Under the pieces are notes generated by a model. The model worked only from the letters and a program-made list of their open reading frames with translations, was not told where the DNA came from and made no database searches. DNA of 64,000 bases from Chloroflexota bacterium. Its GTDB lineage: Bacteria > Chloroflexota > Dehalococcoidia > JABGRK01. A program made the position numbers and the translations under genes. Location of the stretch: positions 110,219 to 174,218 of the forward strand of contig JABGRK010000010.1 in the NCBI GenBank assembly GCA_018648325.1, written 5' to 3'. This document shows, one piece after another, positions 10,047-19,589 of the stretch (the first letter of the stretch is position 1; each line of letters opens with the position of its first letter).

Positions 10047-10395
10047 TAATAAATCTGAAAAGGCACAATTCCTTCAGTACGTATTATCCGAAGTCCTGGC
10101 AGACATAGACGGAATATCATCACGGGCTATGTTTGGAGGCTATGGCATCTACAAAGAAGGCATCATCTTCGCCATCATTGCTGATGAGCAACTCTACTTC
10201 AAAGTTGACCAATCCAACCGCTCTGACTACGAGCAGTACGGCAGCCACCCCTTCGTCTACTCTCAGGGTAAAACCAAATCCACCACCATGTCCTACTGGG
10301 AACTACCTGCCGATATTCAGGAAGACAGGCATGAAATCGCCAAATGGGTTGAGAAGGCATACGAGGTTAGTAAAAACCGAAAGAAAAATAAATGA
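10042..10395 (+). CDS. TfoX/Sxy N-terminal domain protein
   Basis: SRAMFGGYGIY, FAIIADEQLYFKVD, MSYWELP. Start at ATG 10042. Confidence 0.85.
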   Translation: MSNKSEKAQFLQYVLSEVLADIDGISSRAMFGGYGIYKEGIIFAIIADEQLYFKVDQSNRSDYEQYGSHPFVYSQGKTKSTTMSYWELPADIQEDRHEIAKWVEKAYEVSKNRKKNK

Positions 10396-10844
10396 GATCT
10401 GAAGCTACAACAGTAGATGATTACCTTTCGGAGCTACCCAAGGAACGCAGGCAGGCGATCGACAACGTTCGTAAGGTAATTCTAAATAACTTACCCCCGG
10501 GCTATGAAGAAGTGATGAACTGGGGAATGATCACCTATTAGGTCCCGCTAGCTACCTATCCCGATACCTACAACAAAAAACCGCTCATGTATGCCGCCCT
10601 GGCCTCTCAGAAAAACCATATGGCGGTGTATCTTATCAGTATCTATATGAATGAGCAAACAAGCCGAGAGTTTGAGGCAGAATACCGTGCTACCGGTAAA
10701 AGATACGATGTGGGCAGGTCATGCGTGCGCTTTAAAAAAGTCGATGATTTGCCACTTGAGCTGATCGCAAAAGCCATAGCCATGTACGATGCTAAAACCT
10801 ATGTGAATATGGAAAAAGCCAGAACTGCCAAAGACAATTCTTGA
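10392..10844 (+). pseudogene. DUF1801-family protein with an in-frame TAG
   Basis: ATG 10392 MRSEATTVDDYLSELP...NWGMITY*VPLATYPDTYNKKPLMYAAL. TAG at 10539-10541; the frame continues into ORF 10587-10844. Confidence 0.8.
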
Positions 10845-10889
10845 GTTATCAGGTATAATCGTTCCATTCTAATAAAAGGAGTATGCAAA

Positions 10890-11306
10890 ATGACCATCGA
10901 GATCAACGACCTCAACATCTGGGCAATCATCGTTTGTATCATAATCTATATGGCTATCGGGGCACTGTGGTACTCTCCAAAGCTGTTCGGCAATATCTGG
11001 CTCAAACTGGTTGGCAAAACCAAGGAGGACATAAGCAAGTCCGATGCCAATAAATCTATGATGCTCAGCATCATACCCGCCGCCATAACCGTGTTTCTGC
11101 TGGCGCATATACTGGGCTTTGCCAACACAACAACAGCATTTGATGCCTTGATCATGGGAACAATTGTATCAATAGGAATTATAGGCATGAGCACACTTAA
11201 CCTGGTGTTTTTCGAAGGAAGGTCACTCAAACTGACGGGGATAAATGTCGCCTATCCGTTCGTGGCACTCAACATTGCGGCGATAATACTTACATACTGG
11301 CAGTAG
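10890..11306 (+). CDS. DUF1761-family membrane protein
   Basis: NIWAII...IGALWYSPKLFGNIW, FEGRSLKL..IN; SD AAGGAG. Confidence 0.8.
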   Translation: MTIEINDLNIWAIIVCIIIYMAIGALWYSPKLFGNIWLKLVGKTKEDISKSDANKSMMLSIIPAAITVFLLAHILGFANTTTAFDALIMGTIVSIGIIGMSTLNLVFFEGRSLKLTGINVAYPFVALNIAAIILTYWQ

Positions 11307-11390
11307 ATTGAACTATTTTGAACAACCGCGGCAAAAAAGACTTTTCGGTGGACTACCCAATTCAGGTTTTAAAATGGGAGAATAGGCAAA

Positions 11391-12065
11391 ATGGACCTAA
11401 ACACATCAATCATAAGCTTCCTGATCCAGCTAACGCTGAACAATGACCGCAGTTGGTTTAATGCAAACAAAGAGCTATATGTGAGCGCCAAAAAAGAGTT
11501 CGAAGGATTTGTCGACAAACTCATTCCCATTATCAAAGGTATCGACCCGGGAATAGACGTGTTAAGTGCCAGCCAATGCACATTCAGAATCTATAGAGAT
11601 GCCCGGTTTTCAAGAGACGGCTTGCCATACAAAACAAACTTTGGCGCGCATATCGCAAAAGGAGGCAGAAAAAGCCCCTTTGCCGGATACTACGTTCATC
11701 TGCAACCGAATGAGTCCTTTGTTGGAGGAGGCATTTATATGCCCCAGCCCAAATATCTTAAAGCAATCAGAACCCGGATTTATGAAAACGCTCAAAGCTA
11801 TAAAGAAATAATAAATAACGCTGCTTTCAAGAAGTATTTCCCGGAACTATATGGTGAAAAGCTAAAAACCGCCCCCAGAGATTTCCCCAAGGATTTTGCA
11901 GATATCGGCCTGCTTAAAAACAAGCACTATGTCGTGACTCACAGTGTCGATGATTCTTTCTGGACATCACAAGAATTGATTAAAAAGCTGACCGAAATAT
12001 TTAAAGCCCAACTCCCGTTCAATCAATTCATGAACAAAGCGATTAAGAGTGCAATAAATACCTAG
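11391..12065 (+). CDS. DUF2461 (TIGR02453) family protein
   Basis: NNDRSWFNANK, FRIYRDARFSRD..PYK, GYYVHLQP, LKTAPRDF. Confidence 0.85.
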   Translation: MDLNTSIISFLIQLTLNNDRSWFNANKELYVSAKKEFEGFVDKLIPIIKGIDPGIDVLSASQCTFRIYRDARFSRDGLPYKTNFGAHIAKGGRKSPFAGYYVHLQPNESFVGGGIYMPQPKYLKAIRTRIYENAQSYKEIINNAAFKKYFPELYGEKLKTAPRDFPKDFADIGLLKNKHYVVTHSVDDSFWTSQELIKKLTEIFKAQLPFNQFMNKAIKSAINT

Positions 12066-12105
12066 GCAACACCCCGTCCCTCCAATCCCACAAAACGCCG
12101 CTTCA

Positions 12106-12135
12106 TTGACAATTGTAGCCTCAAAACCCTATACT
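12106..12135 (+). promoter_or_regulatory. Sigma-70 promoter of rpsU-yqeY
   Basis: TTGACA-N18-TATACT. Confidence 0.7.
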
Positions 12136-12180
12136 TAAGTTTCGTGACCCATATCCTATAACAGAAGGGAGGTGAAACCT

Positions 12181-12363
12181 GTGAGCGAAGTATATATCCG
12201 CGATGACGAAAACTTCGAGGGCGCACTTAAACGTTTCAATAAGAAGGTCCAGCAGGAAGGCATCCTTTCTGAAACGCGCCGCAGAGGTTACTACGAAAAA
12301 CCAAGCATAAAACGCAAGAAGAAGGAAGCTATCAAGAGGCGTAAGAGCGCCAAGAGTTCTTAG
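12181..12363 (+). CDS. rpsU: 30S ribosomal protein S21
   Basis: [20 protein letters not shown]...YYEKPS; SD GGAGG before GTG 12181. Confidence 0.95.
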   Translation: MSEVYIRDDENFEGALKRFNKKVQQEGILSETRRRGYYEKPSIKRKKKEAIKRRKSAKSS

Positions 12364-12392
12364 AATAATTCTCTTATTTGATAGGTTTTTAA

Positions 12393-12839
12393 ATGGCTTT
12401 AGAAGAAAAACTAACGGATGACATGAAAACGGCGATGAAAAGCAAAGACAAGCTGCGCCTGTCGGTCATTCGCATGGTAAAAGCCAAGATCAAAAACGCC
12501 CAGATAGAAAAACGCGACGTGCTAAACGACGATGAGGTGCTCAAAGTCATTGCCCGCGACGTCAAACAGCACAAGGAAAGTATCACTGCGTTTACAGATG
12601 GCGGGCGCACCGAGCTTGCCGAAAAAGAAGAGGCCGAGCTTGAAATACTCATGGAGTATATGCCACAGCAAATGTCACGAGACGAGGTTGTGGCCATTAT
12701 CAATCAGGCGATTGCTGAGACAGGAGCCACCGGCCCGCAGGACAAGGGCAAGGTCATGGGCAAGATAATGGCTCAGGTTTCAGGCAAAGCCGATGGCAAA
12801 GAGGTCAATACTATCGTAATGGAACTTCTGGCCGGTTAG
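12393..12839 (+). CDS. GatB/YqeY domain protein
   Basis: DMKTAMKSKDK, DKGKVMG, GKADG; conserved linkage to rpsU. Confidence 0.9.
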   Translation: MALEEKLTDDMKTAMKSKDKLRLSVIRMVKAKIKNAQIEKRDVLNDDEVLKVIARDVKQHKESITAFTDGGRTELAEKEEAELEILMEYMPQQMSRDEVVAIINQAIAETGATGPQDKGKVMGKIMAQVSGKADGKEVNTIVMELLAG

Positions 12840-12860
12840 AGATAACCGGCCTTTCCTTTT
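12831..12860 (+). terminator. Intrinsic terminator after yqeY
   Basis: GGCCGGTTA-GAGA-TAACCGGCC followed by TTTCCTTTT. Confidence 0.7.
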
Positions 12861-12869
12861 CTCCCCACG

Positions 12870-15800
12870 CTACTTTTCACACCACTGGCGCGCGTTCTGG
12901 AACATGCGCAACCACGGCGAAACTTCGATTTTAGACCATGCTTTAGGCCAGTAGTGCCACTGCCACGGTAAGAAGAAGCGTTCCGGATGAGGCATGACCG
13001 CCAGATGACGTCCGTCCGGAGAACACAGCGAACTGATGCCCTGCTGCGATCCGTTGGGATTGGCGGGGTATGTTTCGGTTATCAGGCCACTATCATCGAC
13101 ATAACGCAGTGGTGCAAGATTCTGGCTCTCGATTTCTTGCACGAGCGACTCGTCGGTGCAATAGAATCGTCCCTCACCGTGAGCCACGGCAACACCAAGC
13201 ACAGATCCCTCCATACCTTCCAGCATGATGGCCGGATTCTTCTGTATTTGTACCGCAACAAAGCGTGATTCGAACATCTCGGACTGGTTTAGCACGAAGC
13301 GTGGCTGCTGCTTGATATCCAGACCCTGCCACGGCACCCAGCCCAAAAAGGCCATCACCTGGCAGCCGTTGCACACACCCAGCGAAAACGTATCCTGTCG
13401 CTGATAGAAGGCATCAAACTGACGTTTAACTTTATCGTTGAAAAGCACGCCCGCCGCCCAGCCTCTGCCCGAATCCAGCACATCAGCGTAGGCGAAACCA
13501 CCGCAAAAGGCAATACCCCTAAACTGATCCAAACCTATTCGCCCTTGGGCCAGATCGGTCATGGTCACGTCCCACGGCTCAAAACCAGCGGCGTAGAAAG
13601 CACCGGCCATCTCGCGATCGCCGTTCACGCCCTCCTCGCGAAGGATAGCTATCTTTGGTTTGGTAGCTGATTTAAGATGGGCTTGAGGCGTAGGCTCCAA
13701 TATAAAACTGAGGTTAAAGTTAAGGCCGGAACGATCATAACCAGTCTTAAATTCGCTCTCAGCACATATGGGATTGGACTGCAACTTTTCTATCTGATAC
13801 GAAGTCTCCTGCCAGATAGAGCGTAGCTTACGCATGTCCTCAGAAAGGACGCTATTCCCATCGTATACTACGTTTATATGCTTTTCGACCGTTGTACTGC
13901 CAATGGTATAGCTGCTTTCGATTAAACCGCGATTCTTCAACACAGCCTTGATGCTATCTTCATTCTCCGGCGCATATTCGACTATCAAACCAAGTTCTTC
14001 AGCAAACAGATAATCGATTGCACTGACATCAGATTTGAAGTCCAGTTTGATATCAAGACCACAGTTTCCGGCAAAGGCCATCTCGGCAAGACACGTTATC
14101 AGCCCGCCATCGGATACGTCGTGTCCGGCAAGGATCAGCTCATCTGCGATCATAGCCTGCACAGCCTCAAATCCTGCCTTTAGCGTCTGCGGATCATCAA
14201 CGTTTGGCGACTGATCACCTACCTGATTGTAAACCTGCGCCAGCGCAGAGCCACCTGTTCTGCTCTTACCACCAGACAGATCGATGAACATCAGCTTGCT
14301 TTGTCCCGGACGCTTGATATCAGGCGTTATAGTTTTGGTTATGTCTTTACACGATGCGTATGCAGTGATTACCAGCGTGCCGGGGGCCTTGGCAATGCCA
14401 TCTGCCCCGTCTTTTTCGACTTTAGCGGCCATGCTCATGGAATCCTTACCACCGTTGATAGAAATACCAAGCTGGTCAAGCATGATATCGAGTGATTCAT
14501 TGGCGCGATACAGGCGATCTCCCTCGCCCGGCTCCGAGGCGGCCACGCCCCAGTTACCCAGCAGGCTGATACCCTCAAACTCCACAATCTGTGCCCAAAC
14601 AAGGTTTGTCAGTGCCTCCCCCACGGCCATACGCACCGATGCCTCGGAATCAACAATCCATTTAATCGGCTGATCGCCTAGCGCCCAGCAGCGGCCCGTG
14701 TTGGCAAAATAGCTGTCGGCTGTTACCGCCACGTCCGCAACCGGAAGCTGCAATGGCCCGGCGCACTGTTGGCGTGCGATCAAACCCGTAACCGAACGAT
14801 CAACGTGGTTGACCAAAAAACTCTTGGACGATACCTTGAGCAATCGTAAAACTCGATCAAGAGCGTCCTTAACCGTAGTACCAACAGTCAGATCAAGCGA
14901 GTTCAGTTTGCGCTGTACGCTTTCGTCTTTCATAACCATCTGCGGAATCTTGCCCAGCACAAAATCGAGGTTCAGGTTAACCGGATGTTTAACATGTTCC
15001 GGCGCATCGGCGGGTGCATCTTCATCAACTATCAGTTGCTTGCCATCACCAGTGATCTCGCCGATAACGGCTATGGGGCATTTCTCACGCTCAGCGATAC
15101 GCTCAAGTACAGGCAATTCTTCCTTGCTCACCAGCAACACCACGCGTTCCTGTGATTCGTTGCACCACAGCTCCATAACAGACATCGTCTTGTCGCCGCA
15201 GGGAATACGACGCAGGTATATCTTGCCGCCAGCAGGGTAGATCAGTTCGGTAACCGCGTTGGAATCTCCACCGGCACCCAAATCGTGAATCGACTTAATG
15301 GGATTGTTATCGCCCATCATAATGCAGGCCTGAATCACCCGGTCATATACCTTTTCCATCTCGGCGTTGGCGCGCTGCACCGAGTTCCAGTCCAGTTCCG
15401 CTGCCTGAGATCCCAGCGTTTTACTGGAACCTGATGCCCCACCCAGCCCAATACGGTAGGCATCGCCGCCAAGTTGTACTATCTGATATCCTTCTTTTGG
15501 ATCGTATTTATGAAGATGACGCCCGTCCATCCAGCCCACACCCATGGTCCACATGCCACACTTGGTAAAACTGAACAGCTCGGCATTTACGCCATTGCCA
15601 TGCACGTATTCAAATGCAGTGGTAGAGCCGCTTATGGTGGGCTCGCCGTACTCGTTACCATAACGGTAGGCGCCTTTAGGCGCACCGAGCATTATCTGAA
15701 GCGGCGTTTCCAGCTGGAACGGATGCTGCCAGTTACGCTTTTCCCACGGCAATTCATATCCCGGGATGTGCAGGTTGCCCACAAGATATAGAGTTGAACC

Positions 15801-16802
15801 TGCTATGGCCGTGCCGCCCCTGCCCACCGTCTGGTTGTCGCGTATCCTGCCGCCTGTCCCGGTGCCCGCGCCAGATGGCGAAGTGATGGCTGTGGGATGG
15901 TTGTGCGATTCACCCTTGGCAGTCATCTCCACATCAATGTTCTCGACCACCATTTCAGAAGGTTTGGACGGATCGGAAAAGATCAACATTGGTACGTTGT
16001 GGCCTTTGATAACCGATGAGTTATCCTCAAAAGCAACCAGCGTGTGGCCCTTGTGCTTTTCATAGTTTTCCCTGATGGTTTTCATGAGGGTGCGCTTTTT
16101 AGTGTCACCGTCTATCTGCCAGATGGCGTTGAACCTGCGATGACGACTGTGATCCGACTGGACCTGATCCAGCTGCGTTAGCTCCACATCTGAGGGGTTT
16201 TTCTTGATAACGTTGGCAAAATAGTTGTAGTTATGCTCTAAAATCTCCTTATCGAAAGACATATCCAGCTTCTCAATAGCAGATATACCTTCTTCAAGCA
16301 GCGGAACGATTTTTACCGGCTCAGGGGTTTTGTCCGATTCAAAGGTAGTCAAAGGTTGAACGTATGCTGATTCGGTCATGCGGTCATGCAGCAGCGGATA
16401 GATGTTTTGGATATCACCAGCGCTCAGTTCGACACCGGAGATTGTGTTTATCTGGTAGCGCCGCGAACGTTCAATACGTTTGATGGAAGTAAGACCGCAG
16501 GAGTGGCAGATTTTGACTGCGTTTGTGGACCAGGGTGTGACTATCTCTACTCTGGGGCCAACTTCCAGAACTGTACCAGCAAGGCCGGTTTGACTACCAA
16601 AGCTCTCAGCTTCAAATGTCTCGGAGAGCAGCCAGTCCAGTATCCCATCCTCTTGGCTGGATAAAGGATTTGTCAGCTCGACATAAAAACAGTGCTCCAG
16701 TCTCACCGATACGATTCCCGCTACTGCATTCAGGATTTTGCTTGTTACCTGCTGCTGCTCAGGCTCCCACAGAGCAGAACGGCGGTATCTTCTGACCAGC
16801 AT
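12870..16802 (-). CDS. purL: Single-chain (large-type) phosphoribosylformylglycinamidine synthase
   Basis: 1310 aa; SHNHPTA..GTGGRIRD, IHDLGAGG, GGKDSMSM, glutaminase GVCNGCQ and MPHPER. Confidence 0.93.
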   Translation of the reverse strand: MLVRRYRRSALWEPEQQQVTSKILNAVAGIVSVRLEHCFYVELTNPLSSQEDGILDWLLSETFEAESFGSQTGLAGTVLEVGPRVEIVTPWSTNAVKICHSCGLTSIKRIERSRRYQINTISGVELSAGDIQNIYPLLHDRMTESAYVQPLTTFESDKTPEPVKIVPLLEEGISAIEKLDMSFDKEILEHNYNYFANVIKKNPSDVELTQLDQVQSDHSRHRRFNAIWQIDGDTKKRTLMKTIRENYEKHKGHTLVAFEDNSSVIKGHNVPMLIFSDPSKPSEMVVENIDVEMTAKGESHNHPTAITSPSGAGTGTGGRIRDNQTVGRGGTAIAGSTLYLVGNLHIPGYELPWEKRNWQHPFQLETPLQIMLGAPKGAYRYGNEYGEPTISGSTTAFEYVHGNGVNAELFSFTKCGMWTMGVGWMDGRHLHKYDPKEGYQIVQLGGDAYRIGLGGASGSSKTLGSQAAELDWNSVQRANAEMEKVYDRVIQACIMMGDNNPIKSIHDLGAGGDSNAVTELIYPAGGKIYLRRIPCGDKTMSVMELWCNESQERVVLLVSKEELPVLERIAEREKCPIAVIGEITGDGKQLIVDEDAPADAPEHVKHPVNLNLDFVLGKIPQMVMKDESVQRKLNSLDLTVGTTVKDALDRVLRLLKVSSKSFLVNHVDRSVTGLIARQQCAGPLQLPVADVAVTADSYFANTGRCWALGDQPIKWIVDSEASVRMAVGEALTNLVWAQIVEFEGISLLGNWGVAASEPGEGDRLYRANESLDIMLDQLGISINGGKDSMSMAAKVEKDGADGIAKAPGTLVITAYASCKDITKTITPDIKRPGQSKLMFIDLSGGKSRTGGSALAQVYNQVGDQSPNVDDPQTLKAGFEAVQAMIADELILAGHDVSDGGLITCLAEMAFAGNCGLDIKLDFKSDVSAIDYLFAEELGLIVEYAPENEDSIKAVLKNRGLIESSYTIGSTTVEKHINVVYDGNSVLSEDMRKLRSIWQETSYQIEKLQSNPICAESEFKTGYDRSGLNFNLSFILEPTPQAHLKSATKPKIAILREEGVNGDREMAGAFYAAGFEPWDVTMTDLAQGRIGLDQFRGIAFCGGFAYADVLDSGRGWAAGVLFNDKVKRQFDAFYQRQDTFSLGVCNGCQVMAFLGWVPWQGLDIKQQPRFVLNQSEMFESRFVAVQIQKNPAIMLEGMEGSVLGVAVAHGEGRFYCTDESLVQEIESQNLAPLRYVDDSGLITETYPANPNGSQQGISSLCSPDGRHLAVMPHPERFFLPWQWHYWPKAWSKIEVSPWLRMFQNARQWCEK

Positions 16803-16893
16803 TATTTACTCCACAACACAAGTGTTTTGTGTTACTATTGTGCTTGACCAAGCCCCTCAAAGTCAACATCGTTTTTTGGAGCGTAAAAGAGAC

Positions 16894-17085
16894 ATGTTTA
16901 AATCCATTAGAAGGCAACTGGCCTATTTTTTTGAAATGACCGGCAACATTTTGTACTGCTCATTTTTGAACCTGCTGATGGTCATCTCCTTGATACTACT
17001 TATGCCAACTTTACTCGTAGTTACCATCTGCGTAAAAATAAAACGACTGTTTAAAAAAGAGGAAGAAAGACCTTTAAATTTTTAG
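16894..17085 (+). CDS. Small hypothetical single-TM protein
   Basis: 63 aa from ATG 16894; one long hydrophobic stretch and a basic C-terminus. Confidence 0.5.
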   Translation: MFKSIRRQLAYFFEMTGNILYCSFLNLLMVISLILLMPTLLVVTICVKIKRLFKKEEERPLNF

Positions 17086-17109
17086 CGAAAAGGAGGTATA
17101 ATAGCCGCC

Positions 17110-17556
17110 ATGAAAGTTATATTTATCCAAGATGTAGACAATGTAGGTAAAGCCGGTCAGGTCAAAGATGTGGCCGACGGATATGCCAAAAACTATCTAA
17201 TTCGAAGGCAACTGGCTGTTGCTGCCACACCTGCCGAGCTTAAAAAACTGGAGGCCCGCTCTCAGGCCGAATCCAAGCGCCAGCAGCGCAGTGATAGTGA
17301 ACTTCAGGAGTTGGCCGATCAGATCGCTAAGCTGGATTTAACCCTGAAGGTCAAGGTGGGCACCGACGACAAGGTTTACGGCTCTATCACCACGGCCCAT
17401 ATTGCCAAAGAACTTACCAAGCTAACCGGGCACGATATCGATAAACGTAAAATCGAAATTGCACAGACAATTAAAAAGCTGGGCGATTATGAAATCAGCA
17501 TACAATTTTCCAAAGACATTATTGCAAAGGTAAAGCTAACGGTAACCGGGGAATAA
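17110..17556 (+). CDS. rplI: 50S ribosomal protein L9
   Basis: [36 protein letters not shown]. Confidence 0.96.
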   Translation: MKVIFIQDVDNVGKAGQVKDVADGYAKNYLIRRQLAVAATPAELKKLEARSQAESKRQQRSDSELQELADQIAKLDLTLKVKVGTDDKVYGSITTAHIAKELTKLTGHDIDKRKIEIAQTIKKLGDYEISIQFSKDIIAKVKLTVTGE

Positions 17557-17563
17557 TTAAAAC

Positions 17564-18937
17564 ATGAACAACGACAGGTTGCCCCCCAATGACGTCGACG
17601 CAGAGGAAGCGGTAATAGGGTCGCTGCTAATAGACAGCGAGTCCATGCATAAAGTCGCTGTAATGCTCAGTTCAGGTGACTTTTTCAGGGATAAAAACCG
17701 CTGGGCCTTTCAGTCATGCCTTGATCTGCACGAACGTAATGAGGCCATCAATCAGATAACGGTGGCCCAAGAACTGGCGCGCGAGGGCAAACTTGAGGCG
17801 CTGGGTGGCGCAGCATATCTGAGCCATCTGGTTTCACAGGTGCCCACATCGGTGCATATCGAATACTACGCCCAGATTGTTAACCGACTATCAATGATGC
17901 GCCACTTGATTGATGCCGCCGAAAGAATCTCAACAATCGGTTACGAGGCAGCACCGGACGTCGACGAATCCATGAACAGGGCGGAGGATATTCTGTTCCG
18001 CCTGCGCGGCAGCGAATCCCCCCGTGATTTCGTACCCATCAAAAACCTTTTGCACGACTACTTTGAGGAAAACGAACAGGATGCCAAGGATGGCAAGGAC
18101 GGCCAACTACATTCTGTGATGACCGGATTTACCGATATAGACAGTGTGCTGGGAGGCATGCAGCGATCCGATATGGTGGTACTGGGTGCCAGACCAAGTA
18201 TGGGTAAGAGTAGTCTGGCGCTTAACATCGCACGAAACGCAGCTGTAGACCAACACGCCAAAGTTGCCATATTCAGCCTTGAGATGTCTATGGAACAACT
18301 GGTGCACCGTTTCCTGGCCTCGGAGGCCGGCATAGACTCCAAGCGCATACGGCTGGGCCAGCACAATGCAAAAGAGGAAAGAAAGATCATGGATGCCACC
18401 GGCAAGCTTTCCGAGGCTCAGATATTTATCGACGATTCGCCTTTCCCTTCCACATCGGAGATAAGGCACAAAGCAAAACGGCTTCAAAACGAGCACGGCA
18501 TCGACCTTCTGGTTGTCGATTACCTGCAACTAGTCCGCTCAAGCGGACGCTCTTCCAATCTGGTACAAGAAATGAGTGAGATATCACGATCGCTCAAGGC
18601 CATTGCACGTGATTTGAGCATCCCGGTGCTGGCACTCTCGCAGTTGAGCCGCGCCGTGGAGTCCAGAACACCCAAAATACCACAGCTCGCCGATCTCAGA
18701 GAAAGTGGTGGTATCGAGCAGGACGCCGATGTGGTTATGTTCATCTACAGGGAAGAGTTCTATACCACAAAAGAGGAATGGGAGATGAGATCTACCGAGC
18801 AATATCCGGAAGGCAAGGCCGATCTAATAATAGCCAAGCACAGAAACGGTCCCACGGGCAAAGTATCGCTTTACTTTAAGAAAACATTGACCAAATTTGA
18901 AAATTCCACTAAGGATAGGCCGCAGCGTTATGACTAA
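17564..18937 (+). CDS. dnaB: Replicative DNA helicase
   Basis: GARPSMGKS, FSLEM, VVDYLQL, LSQLSRAVE, DLRESGGIEQDAD, KHRNGPTG. Confidence 0.97.
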   Translation: MNNDRLPPNDVDAEEAVIGSLLIDSESMHKVAVMLSSGDFFRDKNRWAFQSCLDLHERNEAINQITVAQELAREGKLEALGGAAYLSHLVSQVPTSVHIEYYAQIVNRLSMMRHLIDAAERISTIGYEAAPDVDESMNRAEDILFRLRGSESPRDFVPIKNLLHDYFEENEQDAKDGKDGQLHSVMTGFTDIDSVLGGMQRSDMVVLGARPSMGKSSLALNIARNAAVDQHAKVAIFSLEMSMEQLVHRFLASEAGIDSKRIRLGQHNAKEERKIMDATGKLSEAQIFIDDSPFPSTSEIRHKAKRLQNEHGIDLLVVDYLQLVRSSGRSSNLVQEMSEISRSLKAIARDLSIPVLALSQLSRAVESRTPKIPQLADLRESGGIEQDADVVMFIYREEFYTTKEEWEMRSTEQYPEGKADLIIAKHRNGPTGKVSLYFKKTLTKFENSTKDRPQRYD

Positions 18938-19589
18938 ATTCGACGGATTTGCCGACAACATGCGCTACAGTTCAATACCAAGCGCGTTTTTCAGCTCCGT
19001 CATGCCCCATATCAGCGACATTGATGAACTCAAGGCCACGCTTCAAGCTATACGTCTGCTGATTCCCAAAAAAGGCTATCCCAAATACATAACCTTTCAG
19101 GAACTACTCAAGGCGGGACCGAAAGACGAGGCAACCTTGCAACGAGGGCTAAAACTGGCAGCGACTCGCGGAATTTTACTTCATCTCAAATTTGAAAAAG
19201 ACGCTATTTACCTGCTAAATACGTTAGAAAACAGGGAGGCAGCCGCTAAAATTACGAGCGGTCAAATAAGCATAGGACATATGCCAAAAAAAGATAATGC
19301 AGAAATCCCTGTGCAGCGTCCCAATATATTCGACCTGTACGAACAAAATGTGGGCATTCTAACGCCAATGATAGCTGAGGAACTCAAGGAAGCGGAGGAT
19401 ATGTATCCCCCGGCCTGGATCGAAGAAGCTATCAAAGAAGCTGTTAGCCTCAATATACGCAAATGGAGATACATCGCCAGCATACTGGAACGCTGGACAG
19501 CGGAAGGCAAGGACGATGGAAAAACTGGACAAAATTCTAAAAAAGACAAGTATTTCAAAAGCAAATACTCCCACCTCTACCAACGCTGA
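18930..19589 (+). CDS. DnaD-domain primosomal protein
   Basis: NIFDLYEQNVGILTPMIAEEL...WRYIASILERW (DnaD/DnaB_2 domain). Confidence 0.85.
   Translation: MTKFDGFADNMRYSSIPSAFFSSVMPHISDIDELKATLQAIRLLIPKKGYPKYITFQELLKAGPKDEATLQRGLKLAATRGILLHLKFEKDAIYLLNTLENREAAAKITSGQISIGHMPKKDNAEIPVQRPNIFDLYEQNVGILTPMIAEELKEAEDMYPPAWIEEAIKEAVSLNIRKWRYIASILERWTAEGKDDGKTGQNSKKDKYFKSKYSHLYQR

Noticed and set aside
10539-10541. Genome-wide TAG reassignment or pyrrolysine
   Set aside because: TAG terminates several conserved genes here (rpsU, purA, gyrB, moaD), and no pyl genes are in the window.
7816-12065. Classical integron/attC array or CRISPR array
   Set aside because: No integrase; no convincing RYYYAAC...GTTRRRY paired sites by eye; the repeats are degenerate and separated by whole genes.
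16803-16893. Purine riboswitch upstream of purL (also checked upstream of purA)
   Set aside because: The leaders are short and lack recognisable aptamer motifs.
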